DNA of 64,000 bases, taken from assembly GCA_965217775.1 (NCBI GenBank), contig CBDCJH010000002.1, positions 6,144,001 through 6,208,000 on the forward strand, written 5' to 3'. The position numbers were made by a program, and so were the translations under genes. Positions 28,764 to 38,536 of this stretch are shown here, one piece after another; position 1 is the stretch's first letter, and every line of letters starts with the position of its first letter. The notes beneath the pieces were generated by a model. The model was not told where the DNA came from. It was given only the letters and a program-made list of their open reading frames with translations, and ran no database searches. Origin of the DNA: Acidobacteriota bacterium (lineage in GTDB: Bacteria > Acidobacteriota > UBA6911 > RPQK01 > JAJDTT01).

Positions 28764-30305
28764 GTGAACCTGTTACCAGCCCGAGCCTTTCTCCTGGTCC
28801 CACTCCTCTTCGTTGCGGCGGCAACATCGGCCCCCGCGCAGGATTCCTACATTTATACGATACGAGCGGGCATACGCGAGCTTTTCCTGGATGACCACCA
28901 CCTCGGCTCCGTCTACAATCTCGAGCGCCGAGTCCACCCGGTCCGGAAGCAACCCGGCGGACCTGTGGTGTGGGCCGACCAGCCCTGGGAAAAGACCTCC
29001 GCGGGCGAGAACAGCTACAGCGAACTGGTGGAGTACTACGGTGCTCCCGGATGGGACCCGGACGAAGGGGTCTGGAAGATGTGGTACGTCATCGGTGACG
29101 GGAAACGGGCGGCGTATGCCCGATCACGGGACGGAGTCGGTTGGGAAAAACCGAATCTGGGCATCGTGCAATACGAGGGATCGGGCGAGAACAACCTGGT
29201 CAAGGTCGAGGGAGATCCTAGCGCCCTGATCGTCCACGTCCTCATGGATCCGAACGCCCCAGCGGAGCGCCGTTACGTCGGATTGTGCTGGGTGGGACGA
29301 CGGGGAAGGGAGGCCGTTGCCTCCTCCGACGGTTACGTGTTTCGAAAGCTGGGGTACCCGCCGATCCCGGGGCAAGACACGTCCCATCTGAACTATGACG
29401 AAAAAGGCGGCCGCTTCCTGCTGACCGTCAAGCATCCCGGACCTTTCGGGCGCTCCGTCTATCTTTCGATGAGCCGCGATCTCCAGGAATGGACTCCCCA
29501 CGAACTCATCTTCCACGCCGACCTGCGGGATCAGGAATTGGGGCGGGAGCGGATCCGCACGCATCTGTCCGACCCCGGTCTTCACACACCCACCTACCAT
29601 CGCCCCCAGGAGTACCGGACCGAGATCTACAACATGCCCGTCTTTCCCTACGAGAGCCTCTACATCGGGCTGCCCACCTTCTTCGAAGCCGCCGGCCTCA
29701 TCCCCCTGCCGCGGGGCAACCAGGACGGGTTCAACTCGGTGAAGCTGGCCAGCAGCCGGGATCTCAAGCGCTGGAACAAGGTGGGGCGGCGCGAGTCCTT
29801 CATTCCCGTCTCCCGGTTGTCGGAAGGACGGCTGGACACCGTGCAGATTCTGGCCGCCTCCCGGCCGGTGGTGAAGGAGAAGGAGCTCTGGTTCTACTAT
29901 TCGGGCATCAAGGAACGGTACACTCCCGACGGCACCTATCATGGCGCCATCTTCCTGGCCAAGTTGCGCCGCGACGGCTTCGTATCCTTCCGGGCCGGTG
30001 CCGAGGAGGGCTTCGTCGAGACGCGGCCAATCCGGTTTCAGGGAGACCGCCTGTTCTGCAACGTGGACGCGCGCGGCGGCGAACTGACGGTGGAGGTGGT
30101 GCCGCCGTCCAGAAGAAGATCCGAGTTGCGAGAGTGGGCCGGAAAGCGATCGCGGCCCATTCGCGGGGACCGTCTGGAGGCCGAAGTGACCTGGGAGGGA
30201 CGGGACGACCTCCGCGAACTGAACGGGAAGGTTCTCCGTCTGCGCTTTCACCTCACGGACGCCGATCTCTACTCCTTCTGGTCGGAATCGGGTAGGAAGC
30301 CTTAG
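28764..30305 (+). CDS. Secreted glycoside-hydrolase-like beta-propeller protein
   Basis: Signal peptide; RELFLDD, SRDGVGWEKPNLG, LRRDGFVS, ADLYSF; paralogue of 12862-14376. Confidence 0.78.
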   Translation: MNLLPARAFLLVPLLFVAAATSAPAQDSYIYTIRAGIRELFLDDHHLGSVYNLERRVHPVRKQPGGPVVWADQPWEKTSAGENSYSELVEYYGAPGWDPDEGVWKMWYVIGDGKRAAYARSRDGVGWEKPNLGIVQYEGSGENNLVKVEGDPSALIVHVLMDPNAPAERRYVGLCWVGRRGREAVASSDGYVFRKLGYPPIPGQDTSHLNYDEKGGRFLLTVKHPGPFGRSVYLSMSRDLQEWTPHELIFHADLRDQELGRERIRTHLSDPGLHTPTYHRPQEYRTEIYNMPVFPYESLYIGLPTFFEAAGLIPLPRGNQDGFNSVKLASSRDLKRWNKVGRRESFIPVSRLSEGRLDTVQILAASRPVVKEKELWFYYSGIKERYTPDGTYHGAIFLAKLRRDGFVSFRAGAEEGFVETRPIRFQGDRLFCNVDARGGELTVEVVPPSRRRSELREWAGKRSRPIRGDRLEAEVTWEGRDDLRELNGKVLRLRFHLTDADLYSFWSESGRKP

Positions 30306-30433
30306 TCGCCGAAAGCGCTTCAGTTGGCGCCCCAAGCCGCTCCGGGATGAAGTTCGCTCGAAGCAAGTTCAAGGTGCAAAATCGATGATATGGCAGGACC
30401 TTACGAAACTAATCCGATACTACGAGGAACAGA

Positions 30434-30706
30434 ATGAGGACAGGATGCATTCTCAGCGATTACCTTGAACAGGCTATGGCGACGGCGACATACGACAGGT
30501 TGGATGGCGGTTCGTTTGCGGGTTGGATTCCGCCGTGCAAGGGCGTTGTCTCCTTTGGCGCCACGCTGAATGAATGTGAGCATCTACTCCGCTCGACTCT
30601 GGAGGATTGGCTTTTCCTCGGCCTGAAGCTCGGACACGAATTACCGGTTATTTCCGGAATCGATCTGAACCGGGAACCGCCTCGTGAGCTGGTGGGCACC
30701 GTGTGA
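30434..30706 (+). CDS. HicB-family antitoxin
   Basis: GVVSFGATLNEC...LRSTLEDW..LGLKLGHELPVI. Confidence 0.85.
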   Translation: MRTGCILSDYLEQAMATATYDRLDGGSFAGWIPPCKGVVSFGATLNECEHLLRSTLEDWLFLGLKLGHELPVISGIDLNREPPRELVGTV

Positions 30707-30775
30707 GCGAAGCCTTTTCGTTCGCCGCGAACATGCCCTGCGCCGATGAGTGGGGGAAGAGGTTGCGAATATTGA
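30684..30775 (+). pseudogene. Internally deleted HicA-like toxin remnant
   Basis: GTG overlapping the hicB end encodes MSWWAPCERSLFVRR, then ADEW in another frame; both resemble the termini of HicA partners of this HicB type (from recall). Confidence 0.5.
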
Positions 30776-30808
30776 ATCGTGGTCCGGATGGGAAGTCCGG
30801 CCTGTGGA

Positions 30809-32035
30809 TCAGCGGCGGCCCAGGAGTCGGGACAACTGGGCCATAGCCGGGTGAGTCGTCGAAGTGGCAGACGGCATGCTTTCATACCGATCCAGCAGTT
30901 CGGACTCAGCAAATAATTGTGGCCAGTCCAGGTTGGCGGCGATTCGTCCTCCGTCCACCACGACGGCGGATAGTTCCAACAGCCTGAACAGATCTCTCAC
31001 CATTGCGCGATCGGGATGCTTGAGACCCAGGTAAAGCGCTCGTCCCCGATTCACCAGGTCGCGCGGTTCTGTTGGGCCGGTGTCCAGCAGGATCTCCAGG
31101 ATCTCCAACTGGCGCTGGGCCAGAACTCGACGGCGAGGACTGCGTAGTTTCCCAAACAACGATCTGGCGAATTCCCGGAACAGCACTCGCCGATGGTTGG
31201 TGGCGATGGCCTCGGTGACCGCGTTGCATCTCTCGGCCACCGCCGGCAGCGCAAACTTCAGGAACGGCGTCAGATCGTGTCCGTTCTTCCGGGTTTCGTA
31301 CAGAGCGGTCAGGTACTCGTCTTGGTGTTCGTAGTAGTAGTTGGACAGGCTGACCATGATCACGTCGTTGACGCCGGCCCGCCGCAGCATGAACGCTTCC
31401 AGGGCACGGGCGGTGCGGCCGTTTCCGTCGCCGAAAGGGTGCATCGCACCGATGTGGTAGTGAGCCGCGATGGCCTGAATGAGGCGGTCGTGGCGCCGGA
31501 ACTCTCCGGCGATGGCGGTGACGAGGCCGTCGAATGCGGCGCGGCATTCATTGCCGCCCTCAGCGCCCCGGCAGCGTGGCGTTCCGAATGTGACGTTCCA
31601 ACCATCAGGACGTGTCTCACCCGGTGTGCAATTGCGATCGTCGCATCCGGTTACAATGCGCCGGTGAATTTCCCGGCTGAACTCGGCGGTTACCGGCTGT
31701 TCGGCTGGTCGCGAGCGCAGCCACCGGTAGGTAGCGTCGGCGGCCCGCAGTTGACGCTGGGAATGGGTCAATTTGGTCGCCCCAGTCGCGGCGGGTGCAA
31801 GAGCTTTTTCTTGTTCGCGCTGCGTGAACTGGGCGCCTTCGATGCGCGAAGTGCCGGCCGCTTCCAATCGCAACTGCTCCTCGTGTGCCTGCTCGATCCA
31901 CTGAGGTAGATACGGCATCTGATTCAGGACGCCGCCGGCGGTCCTGGCCTCGATCAGCAGGTGGAAGACGGCAGAGGGATCGTAGTGCACCCATCGCCGG
32001 GGGACCAGGTAGCGGTTGACATTATCGGCAGCCAT
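30809..32035 (-). CDS. Fic family protein with C-terminal wHTH-like region
   Basis: Canonical HPFGDGNGRTAR motif; TSRIEG inhibitory-helix-like motif. Confidence 0.92.
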   Translation of the reverse strand: MAADNVNRYLVPRRWVHYDPSAVFHLLIEARTAGGVLNQMPYLPQWIEQAHEEQLRLEAAGTSRIEGAQFTQREQEKALAPAATGATKLTHSQRQLRAADATYRWLRSRPAEQPVTAEFSREIHRRIVTGCDDRNCTPGETRPDGWNVTFGTPRCRGAEGGNECRAAFDGLVTAIAGEFRRHDRLIQAIAAHYHIGAMHPFGDGNGRTARALEAFMLRRAGVNDVIMVSLSNYYYEHQDEYLTALYETRKNGHDLTPFLKFALPAVAERCNAVTEAIATNHRRVLFREFARSLFGKLRSPRRRVLAQRQLEILEILLDTGPTEPRDLVNRGRALYLGLKHPDRAMVRDLFRLLELSAVVVDGGRIAANLDWPQLFAESELLDRYESMPSATSTTHPAMAQLSRLLGRR

Positions 32036-32145
32036 TTACAGTTCATTTCCGGAATATTTCACAGTTTTTTCTAAGATAACCACATGTTTTAAGTGGTTTG
32101 GACGAATAAATTCTACATTCATTTCCGGCTCATTTCCAGTTTGTT

Positions 32146-32505
32146 TCAATCTCGATTCCGCCGTCTCCCAGGAATCGAGTCCGCGTACCGAGCAATACCT
32201 TTCCTGGTGACCGTACTCTGGCAGCCGGGACGTCGCCGGAGAGACTCAGCGTCTGATAGCAGTCCGTGGTGAAAGTCCCGCGAGCACCGAGACCGTTCCT
32301 GCGCCCGCCGGACAAGGCGCGATTCGGGTGCATACCGGGAGTATGTGCCCGAATCGCAACGCCGTCCGCCGGGATGCAGGGACGGTCGAATGCCGTGATG
32401 ACTTTTGCCACGGGCTGATAGGGTCCGATTCAGCCGGAGGGCCGCCTTTGCCTTGAGGGTCCGATGAAGTTCCTCCGGAACTTTGTGCACCTGAAGATTT
32501 GGCAT
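32146..32505 (-). pseudogene. FitA-like ribbon-helix-helix antitoxin interrupted in frame by the MITE
   Basis: MPNLQVHKVPEELHRTLKAKAA N-terminus; 162-bp insertion (MITE + target duplication) keeps the frame; C-terminus looks degenerate. Confidence 0.65.
32260..32417 (-). mobile_element. 158-bp MITE, copy 2
   Basis: Reverse complement of 26788-26945; ATAG duplicated at 32256-32259 and 32418-32421. Confidence 0.9.
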
Positions 32506-32550
32506 GTGTTCATCCTAACCCGGCATAGCCGGAACCAAAATTTCTTCGCC

Positions 32551-32690
32551 GGAGGCGTGGCTTTCCAGCCGCCGACCTTTCGTCTGGACCCGTCTTGCTC
32601 CGCTTTGGACCGAAGAGGGCGCCCACAAGGGGCGCCCCTAGGTGTGTGCAGTCTGCATGTCGTATGCCGGGGTTGGAGACCCTCGACGTT
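32551..32690. repeat. Cluster of REP-like palindromes (e.g. GGGCGCCCACAAGGGGCGCCCCTA)
   Basis: Short GC-rich imperfect hairpins resembling GTAG-type REPs; degenerate. Confidence 0.5.
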
Positions 32691-32731
32691 TACCCTTTCG
32701 ACCAGTAACCTAACTTGCCAGGAGGTGTGAA

Positions 32732-34267
32732 GTGTTTTTCTTGCACTCATGGAGATTTGTTGGCATTGCGGCGGCGTTGTTCCTGGCATTGTCGGGACCG
32801 GCTCTCGCCGAGGTCCGGTTGCCGGCGGTGATCTCGGAACACATGCTCCTGCAGCAGGGGGTTCCGGTGCGGATCTGCGGTTGGGCCGACGCCGGCGAGA
32901 CCGTCCAGGTGAGTTTCCGAGGCCGCAGTTACACGGCGACCGCGCCGTTGCCGGGGGATTCGGGAGACTGGGAGGTGAATCTGGCCCCCTCGGAAGCGGG
33001 TGGCCCCTTTCGTCTGGAGGTCCAGGGGACCAACACCATCACCCTGAAAGATGTCCTGGTGGGAGACGTCTGGGTGGCTTCGGGGCAGTCCAATATGGAC
33101 TGGCCGGTCCGGCGTTCGAAGAATCCGGATGAGGAGATCGCTCAGGCCAACTTCCCCAGGATCCGCCTGTTCAAGGTCGCCCGCAACGTGGCCGATAAAC
33201 CGCTGGAGGACGTGGAAGGGTCGTGGCAGTCTTGTGCTCCCGAGTCGGTCGGGGATTTCTCCGCCGTCGGTTACTATTTTGCCCGCCACCTGCACCGGAA
33301 GCTGGGTCATCCCGTCGGGGTGATCCAGACGGCGTGGGGAGGGACCCCGGCACAGGCCTGGGTGAGCCGGCCTCGCCTTGAGTCCGACCCCCGGCTGACC
33401 ACGACTTTGGAGGCCTGGAAGCAGGTTCTGGCGGAATATCCCGCCCGGCAGAGAGAGCACCTGGAGGAGGTTGCCCGCTGGGAACGGCAGGCCGAGGCCG
33501 CCAAGAAAAGCGGCGAACCAGTGCCTCGCCGGCCCCGCCGCCCTCTGGGTCCGGGACACCCCTGGACGCCTGGGGGTCTCTACAACGCCATGATCGCCCC
33601 GTTGACGGCCTACGCCGTCCGCGGCGCCATCTGGTACCAGGGTGAGAACAACGCTCACCTGGCGGAGGCCGATCTCTACCGCTCGTTGTTCCCGGCGTTG
33701 ATCCAGGACTGGAGAGCGCACTGGAAAGTCGGGCCGTTCCCCTTCCTGTTCGTCCAGTTGGCCAATTTCCGCAAGACGCCCGAAGGGAGCGAATGGCCCG
33801 AACTCAGGGAGTCTCAGCTCATGACGTTGAGCGTCAGGAACACGGGCATGGCGGTTACCGTCGATATCGGCAACCCGGAAGACATCCATCCCAAGAACAA
33901 GCAGGACGTGGGCAAGCGTCTGGCTCTGGCGGCCCGTGCGCTGGCCCACGGCGAAGACCTGGTCTACTCGGGACCCATCTTGCGCCGGGTCACGACTGAG
34001 GAATCCGGACTGCGGGTCTGGTTCGACCACGCGGGCGGCGGGCTCGAGAGCCGGGGAGGCGCGTTGACAGGCTTTCAGGTGGCCGGGGCCGACCGGCGGT
34101 TCGTGCCGGCGGACGCCCGGATCGACTCCGGTACGGTGGTGGTCTCGAGCGCTGCAGTGGAACGAGTCGTGGCCGTACGTTACGGCTGGAGCGACAGTCC
34201 CGTGTGCAATCTCTACAACGCCGAGGGCCTTCCCGCCTCGCCCTTCCGCAGCGACGATTGGGAGTAG
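32732..34267 (+). CDS. Sialate O-acetylesterase (SASA domain)
   Basis: GDVWVASGQSNM, WGGT, IWYQGE, DIHPKNK, GLPASPFR; signal peptide. Confidence 0.92.
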   Translation: MFFLHSWRFVGIAAALFLALSGPALAEVRLPAVISEHMLLQQGVPVRICGWADAGETVQVSFRGRSYTATAPLPGDSGDWEVNLAPSEAGGPFRLEVQGTNTITLKDVLVGDVWVASGQSNMDWPVRRSKNPDEEIAQANFPRIRLFKVARNVADKPLEDVEGSWQSCAPESVGDFSAVGYYFARHLHRKLGHPVGVIQTAWGGTPAQAWVSRPRLESDPRLTTTLEAWKQVLAEYPARQREHLEEVARWERQAEAAKKSGEPVPRRPRRPLGPGHPWTPGGLYNAMIAPLTAYAVRGAIWYQGENNAHLAEADLYRSLFPALIQDWRAHWKVGPFPFLFVQLANFRKTPEGSEWPELRESQLMTLSVRNTGMAVTVDIGNPEDIHPKNKQDVGKRLALAARALAHGEDLVYSGPILRRVTTEESGLRVWFDHAGGGLESRGGALTGFQVAGADRRFVPADARIDSGTVVVSSAAVERVVAVRYGWSDSPVCNLYNAEGLPASPFRSDDWE

Positions 34268-34288
34268 CAGGTTCCGGACAGTAGCGGC

Positions 34289-35275
34289 TCAACTGCTCCC
34301 GAACGCGGGCATCACCCGGGTCGCGAAGAGTTCCATGGACTCCAGCATGTCCCGCTGGGAGATGCCGTGGTGCTGGCAGTGGTAGACGAAGGTGTCGGCG
34401 CCCATGTCGCTATAGACGGCCACCTGCTCGATACACTCCTCGGGTGTTCCCAGGATGAGCCGGCCCTGGAAATCCTCCAGGCTGGCTTTTCTGTAGCGCG
34501 CCCCCTCCGGGGTGTCCTTCATCCAGCCGGAATAGCGCCGATATTGTTCGAGCAGCGGTTTCTCCACCAGTGCTCGGGCCCGGGCCCGGCTTTTCGCCAC
34601 GAAGCCCAGCCGGGGCACCACCAGGGTTCCCTGTTTGCAGAACTCGTCCAGGGCGCTTCGATAAACCTGGATCTTCTCCCGCAGTTCACGCCGGCCGAGG
34701 CTGGCGCTGGGGATCCAGCTGTCCGCCAGCCGGGCTGAACGACGGACAACCACATCGGCCGTCCCGCCGATCCAGATGGGAGGGCGGGGTTTCCGGACCG
34801 GCAGGGGACCGATGCGGACGTCTCGACACCGGAAAAACTTGCCCTGGAAAGTGACCGACTCGCCGGCCCAGAGCCGGGAGATGACCTCCAGATTCTCCAG
34901 GAACCGGCCCCGCCGTTGCCGCAGCTGGACATCTGAAATAGCCAACTCCTCTTCCCGGTAACCCAGAACCAGCCCGAAGATGAGCCGCCCGCCCGAGATC
35001 ACGTCCACATGCGCGGCCTGCTCGGCCAGAAGGATCGGGTTGTAGATGGGGAGGATAAATCCGCTGGAGCAGAGCTGGATCCGGCGGGTGACGGGCCCCA
35101 GGGCGGCCAGGGTGGTGAGCAGTTCGTGGAAGCCCGAGGGCCAGAGGTGCCGGTCGCCCAGGCAGACCAGATCGAAGCCCAGCTCCTCCGCCACCTGGAC
35201 CCTCTCCCGGAGTTGGTCGAAGCTGGCCTGTCCGGTGGCGGTGAAAGTCTGCCCGAGAATAATGCCGAAGTTCAT
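34289..35275 (-). CDS. LLM-class flavin-dependent oxidoreductase
   Basis: AEELGFD, PILLAEQAAHVDVISGGRL, PPIWIGG, GTPEEC, FATRVMP. Confidence 0.9.
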   Translation of the reverse strand: MNFGIILGQTFTATGQASFDQLRERVQVAEELGFDLVCLGDRHLWPSGFHELLTTLAALGPVTRRIQLCSSGFILPIYNPILLAEQAAHVDVISGGRLIFGLVLGYREEELAISDVQLRQRRGRFLENLEVISRLWAGESVTFQGKFFRCRDVRIGPLPVRKPRPPIWIGGTADVVVRRSARLADSWIPSASLGRRELREKIQVYRSALDEFCKQGTLVVPRLGFVAKSRARARALVEKPLLEQYRRYSGWMKDTPEGARYRKASLEDFQGRLILGTPEECIEQVAVYSDMGADTFVYHCQHHGISQRDMLESMELFATRVMPAFGSS

Positions 35276-35477
35276 GTTCGCCCTTTTCGCTGCTTCCCCG
35301 ACGCCGGTCTACGCCGCCGGTGAAATCTGGGATGCTCAGTGAGATACGGGCCGCTATTCTACTGAAGGGGAAACCAGGAAGGTATCCTGACGGTCCGCGG
35401 CTCCGGTCGTCCGGAGCCGCCGGATGCCGTACCGCGGGACTGCGACGGAAGGGGCAACGAGGGCAACGAGGAGGAAC

Positions 35478-37313
35478 GTGACAGCAATATTGGGAATCTC
35501 GGCCTTCTACCACGACTCGGCGGCGGCTCTGGTCCGGGACGGCGAGATCGCGGCGGCCGCCCAGGAGGAGCGTTTCAGCCGGAAGAAGCATGACGCCTCT
35601 TTTCCTGCCCAGGCCATCGAATACTGCCTGAAAGAAGCCGGTCTCACGCCGGGCGAGCTGGACTTCGTGGGCTTTTACGACAAGCCGTTGATGAAGTTCG
35701 AGCGGCTTCTGGAGACCTATCTGGCCTTCGCCCCCAGGGGGTTCTCCTCGTTCGTGAAGGCGATGCCGGTCTGGCTCCGGGAAAAGCTTCATCTCCCCGG
35801 GCAGATGACCCGGGGGCTCGACCGGGCCTACCGCAAGCGGTTCATCTTCACCGAGCATCACGAGTCCCACGCGGCCAGCGCCTTCTTTCCCTCACCGTTT
35901 CGGGAAGCCGCCATTCTGACCGTGGACGGGGTGGGGGAATGGGCCACCGCCGCCTACGGCACCGGCAAGGACAACCGGATCCGGCTGACCCACGAGCTTC
36001 GCTTTCCCCATTCGCCGGGCCTTCTCTATTCCGCCTTCACCTATTTCTGCGGGTTCCGGGTGAACTCGGGGGAGTACAAGCTCATGGGGCTGGCGCCCTA
36101 CGGAGAGCCCCGATACGTGGACCTGATTCTCCGGCGCCTGATCGACCTGAAGCAGGACGGCTCCTTTCGCATGGACATGTCCTACTTCAACTATTGCCAG
36201 GGCCTGACCATGACCTCACGCAAGTTTGAACGCCTTTTCGGCGGAGCGCCCCGGCAACCCGAGTCGCCGCTGACGCAGCGGGAGATGGACCTGGCCGCCT
36301 CCATCCAGCGAGTCATGGAGGAGATCCTGCTGCGGATGGCTCGCCACGTCCACGCCCGGACCGGGCAGTTGAACCTCTGCCTGGCCGGCGGCGTCGCCCT
36401 CAACTGCGTGGCGAACGGACGGATTCTCAGGGAAGGTCCCTTCCGGGAGATCTGGGTTCAGCCCGCGGCCGGAGACGCCGGCGGCGCCCTGGGTACGGCC
36501 CTCTTCATCTGGCACCAGCTCCTGGGAAACCCGCGCCGTCCCCGGACGCCGGACGGACAATCGGGTTCTCTCCTTGGTCCCTCCTATTCGGAGCCGGAGA
36601 TCCGATCCTTCCTCGAAGCGGTGGGCGCCGACTTCGAACGGATTGACGATCCCCAGGCGCTGGTGCGGCGTGTGGCCCAGATCATGGCCGACCAGAAGGT
36701 GGTGGGGTGGATGCAGGGGCGCATGGAGTTCGGCCCCCGGGCCCTGGGTTGCCGCAGCATCCTGGGAGACGCCAGAAGCCGCCGCATGCAGTCGGTAGTG
36801 AACCTCAAGATCAAGTTTCGGGAGTCCTTCCGCCCCTTCGCTCCGTCGGTGATGCGGGAACATGTGGACGAGTATTTCGAGATGCGGCCCGACGAAGACA
36901 GTCCCTACATGTTGCTGGTAGCTCCGGTTCAGGCTTCCAAGAGGGTCGCCTCGGACGGGGAGGCGAAGTTGACCGGACTGGACAAGCTCAACGTCGCACG
37001 CTCCGTGGTCCCGGCCATCACCCACGTGGACCACTCGGCCCGGGTGCAGACCGTCGACTCGGAGAGGCACGGCGCCTACTATCGACTGCTGCGGGAGTTC
37101 GAGCGCAGGACCGGGTGTCCCGTGGTCATCAACACCAGCTTCAACGTCCGGGGCGAGCCCATCGTCTGTTCGCCGGAGCAAGCCTACCGCTGCTTCATGT
37201 CCACCAACATGGATGTGCTGGTCATGGAGAGCTTCATCCTGTGCAAGGACCGGCAGCCTCAGGCCCGACAGTACGAAGTCGGCGCCTATTTGGCCCAGTT
37301 CGAACTGGACTAG
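35478..37313 (+). CDS. O-carbamoyltransferase (NodU/CmcH/SxtI family)
   Basis: ILGISAFYHDSAA, EHHESHAASAF, GEYKLMGLAPYG, AGGVALNC, EFGPRALG, RESFRPFAP, NTSFN. Confidence 0.95.
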   Translation: MTAILGISAFYHDSAAALVRDGEIAAAAQEERFSRKKHDASFPAQAIEYCLKEAGLTPGELDFVGFYDKPLMKFERLLETYLAFAPRGFSSFVKAMPVWLREKLHLPGQMTRGLDRAYRKRFIFTEHHESHAASAFFPSPFREAAILTVDGVGEWATAAYGTGKDNRIRLTHELRFPHSPGLLYSAFTYFCGFRVNSGEYKLMGLAPYGEPRYVDLILRRLIDLKQDGSFRMDMSYFNYCQGLTMTSRKFERLFGGAPRQPESPLTQREMDLAASIQRVMEEILLRMARHVHARTGQLNLCLAGGVALNCVANGRILREGPFREIWVQPAAGDAGGALGTALFIWHQLLGNPRRPRTPDGQSGSLLGPSYSEPEIRSFLEAVGADFERIDDPQALVRRVAQIMADQKVVGWMQGRMEFGPRALGCRSILGDARSRRMQSVVNLKIKFRESFRPFAPSVMREHVDEYFEMRPDEDSPYMLLVAPVQASKRVASDGEAKLTGLDKLNVARSVVPAITHVDHSARVQTVDSERHGAYYRLLREFERRTGCPVVINTSFNVRGEPIVCSPEQAYRCFMSTNMDVLVMESFILCKDRQPQARQYEVGAYLAQFELD

Positions 37314-37467
37314 TTGACCTTGGTGCGAGCGCCGCGTCGCATCGTGATCTGTGGAGCGGGACGGACCAACCGTGACCGTGTGGAGGCGAGCCTTGTCGAC
37401 GCCCGTCCCCTACCGACAGCCGGCGTGCAGCGCCAGCATGCAGTTTGGCGACTCTCTTGTTCATGGA

Positions 37468-38412
37468 TCAATCGAGCTGAGCCAGGAGTTCATCGATGGA
37501 CTCGTCGCCTGGCCACGCTCCCGCGAGAAGAATGGGATCCCTGGATAGAACCCGGCGTCTTCGCTGAGCCCGAACAGGGTCCAGCGCTTCCTCACCTTCT
37601 GCCGATGGGATCTGTTCGAACACGCTGTCCCCTTCAGCACTTCCACTCATCCGACGCGCCTCGATCCATCGCGCCTGTCCGTTAGCTTTGAAGTGAACCA
37701 GTCCCTCTACGGTAGTCGGATTTCCCCAAAGCGGGCGTAGGACCTCGGTGTCCAGCAAGTCCGGGTGCAACTTTCCCAGGAGTTGATCGTTCCGGCCAAG
37801 CAAAAGGCGAAAGTGGCCACCACCATATTTAATTTGGTCCAGTCTGCCGCTCACAATGAACGACCTGGGTGGCGGGATGCTCCTTAACCGCTCGGATACC
37901 TGCGTACAGACGTGCTCATCCAGCACAAACCCCCAGCCTGCCGAACCCTGTGGAATCAACTCGTAGCGAATACCAGGAGTCCCCCCGGCTGTCTTGAATC
38001 TGAGAATTGCTTTCAGAACGTCGGCGTCGAAACGGTCGCCCGGGGATTCGGTAGACGTGGCTTCTTCAATCGCACGTGCCGCAATATCGAGCGATGTATC
38101 ATCGAGATTCGGCTTGTTCTGCCAAAGCTCCTGTTGCGCAAGCTCCCTATAGGCCGTCTCACGAAAAAGAGGCGCCTCAATGTCGAGAATCGTCGAGCCG
38201 GAGTTCAATCCAGTGACCGTGAAGTTGACGCTTGCTTGAAGCCATTTGGGCTTCCGGCCCTTCCCGCTGCTCTGGCCGGTGACGATCAAACGGGTGGCTC
38301 GTTCCCCCATCTGTAGTAAAGCGTCCAAAATACGGCATAGGCTGGCAACCTTAATCTGCCCTGTGGGTTCTGGGAGGCCGCTGAGTCGCAATTGATATCG
38401 TTGCGTGTTCAC
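37468..38412 (-). CDS. Hypothetical protein (AT-richer, accessory)
   Basis: 314-aa ORF, GTG start with AAGGAG SD; acidic C-terminus WPGDESIDELLAQLD. Confidence 0.75.
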   Translation of the reverse strand: MNTQRYQLRLSGLPEPTGQIKVASLCRILDALLQMGERATRLIVTGQSSGKGRKPKWLQASVNFTVTGLNSGSTILDIEAPLFRETAYRELAQQELWQNKPNLDDTSLDIAARAIEEATSTESPGDRFDADVLKAILRFKTAGGTPGIRYELIPQGSAGWGFVLDEHVCTQVSERLRSIPPPRSFIVSGRLDQIKYGGGHFRLLLGRNDQLLGKLHPDLLDTEVLRPLWGNPTTVEGLVHFKANGQARWIEARRMSGSAEGDSVFEQIPSAEGEEALDPVRAQRRRRVLSRDPILLAGAWPGDESIDELLAQLD

Positions 38413-38459
38413 TGCAAGCTCTCCTTATCCCCGGCGCGCCGGTTTTTTGGGCCAGTATA

Positions 38460-38536
38460 GCCCTCACGTGGCGCTGCTGCCGGCGGTCAAGGAGGGAGAC
38501 CAAAGTTCCGGCATCCGGCAGCAATTCACACGCGAT
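38460..38536 (-). pseudogene. N-terminal stump of a PIN/VapC toxin
   Basis: Frame overlapping the RHH stop reads (I)ACELLPDAGTLVSLLDRRQQRH, a decayed xLLDTGxLVxLLDRxxxxH PIN start; ATC in place of ATG. Confidence 0.6.

Noticed and set aside
37375-37415. REP-like remnant GGAGGCGAGCCTTGTCGACGCCCGTCCCCTAC after the carbamoyltransferase
   Set aside because: Too degenerate to call as a feature; used only as weak context
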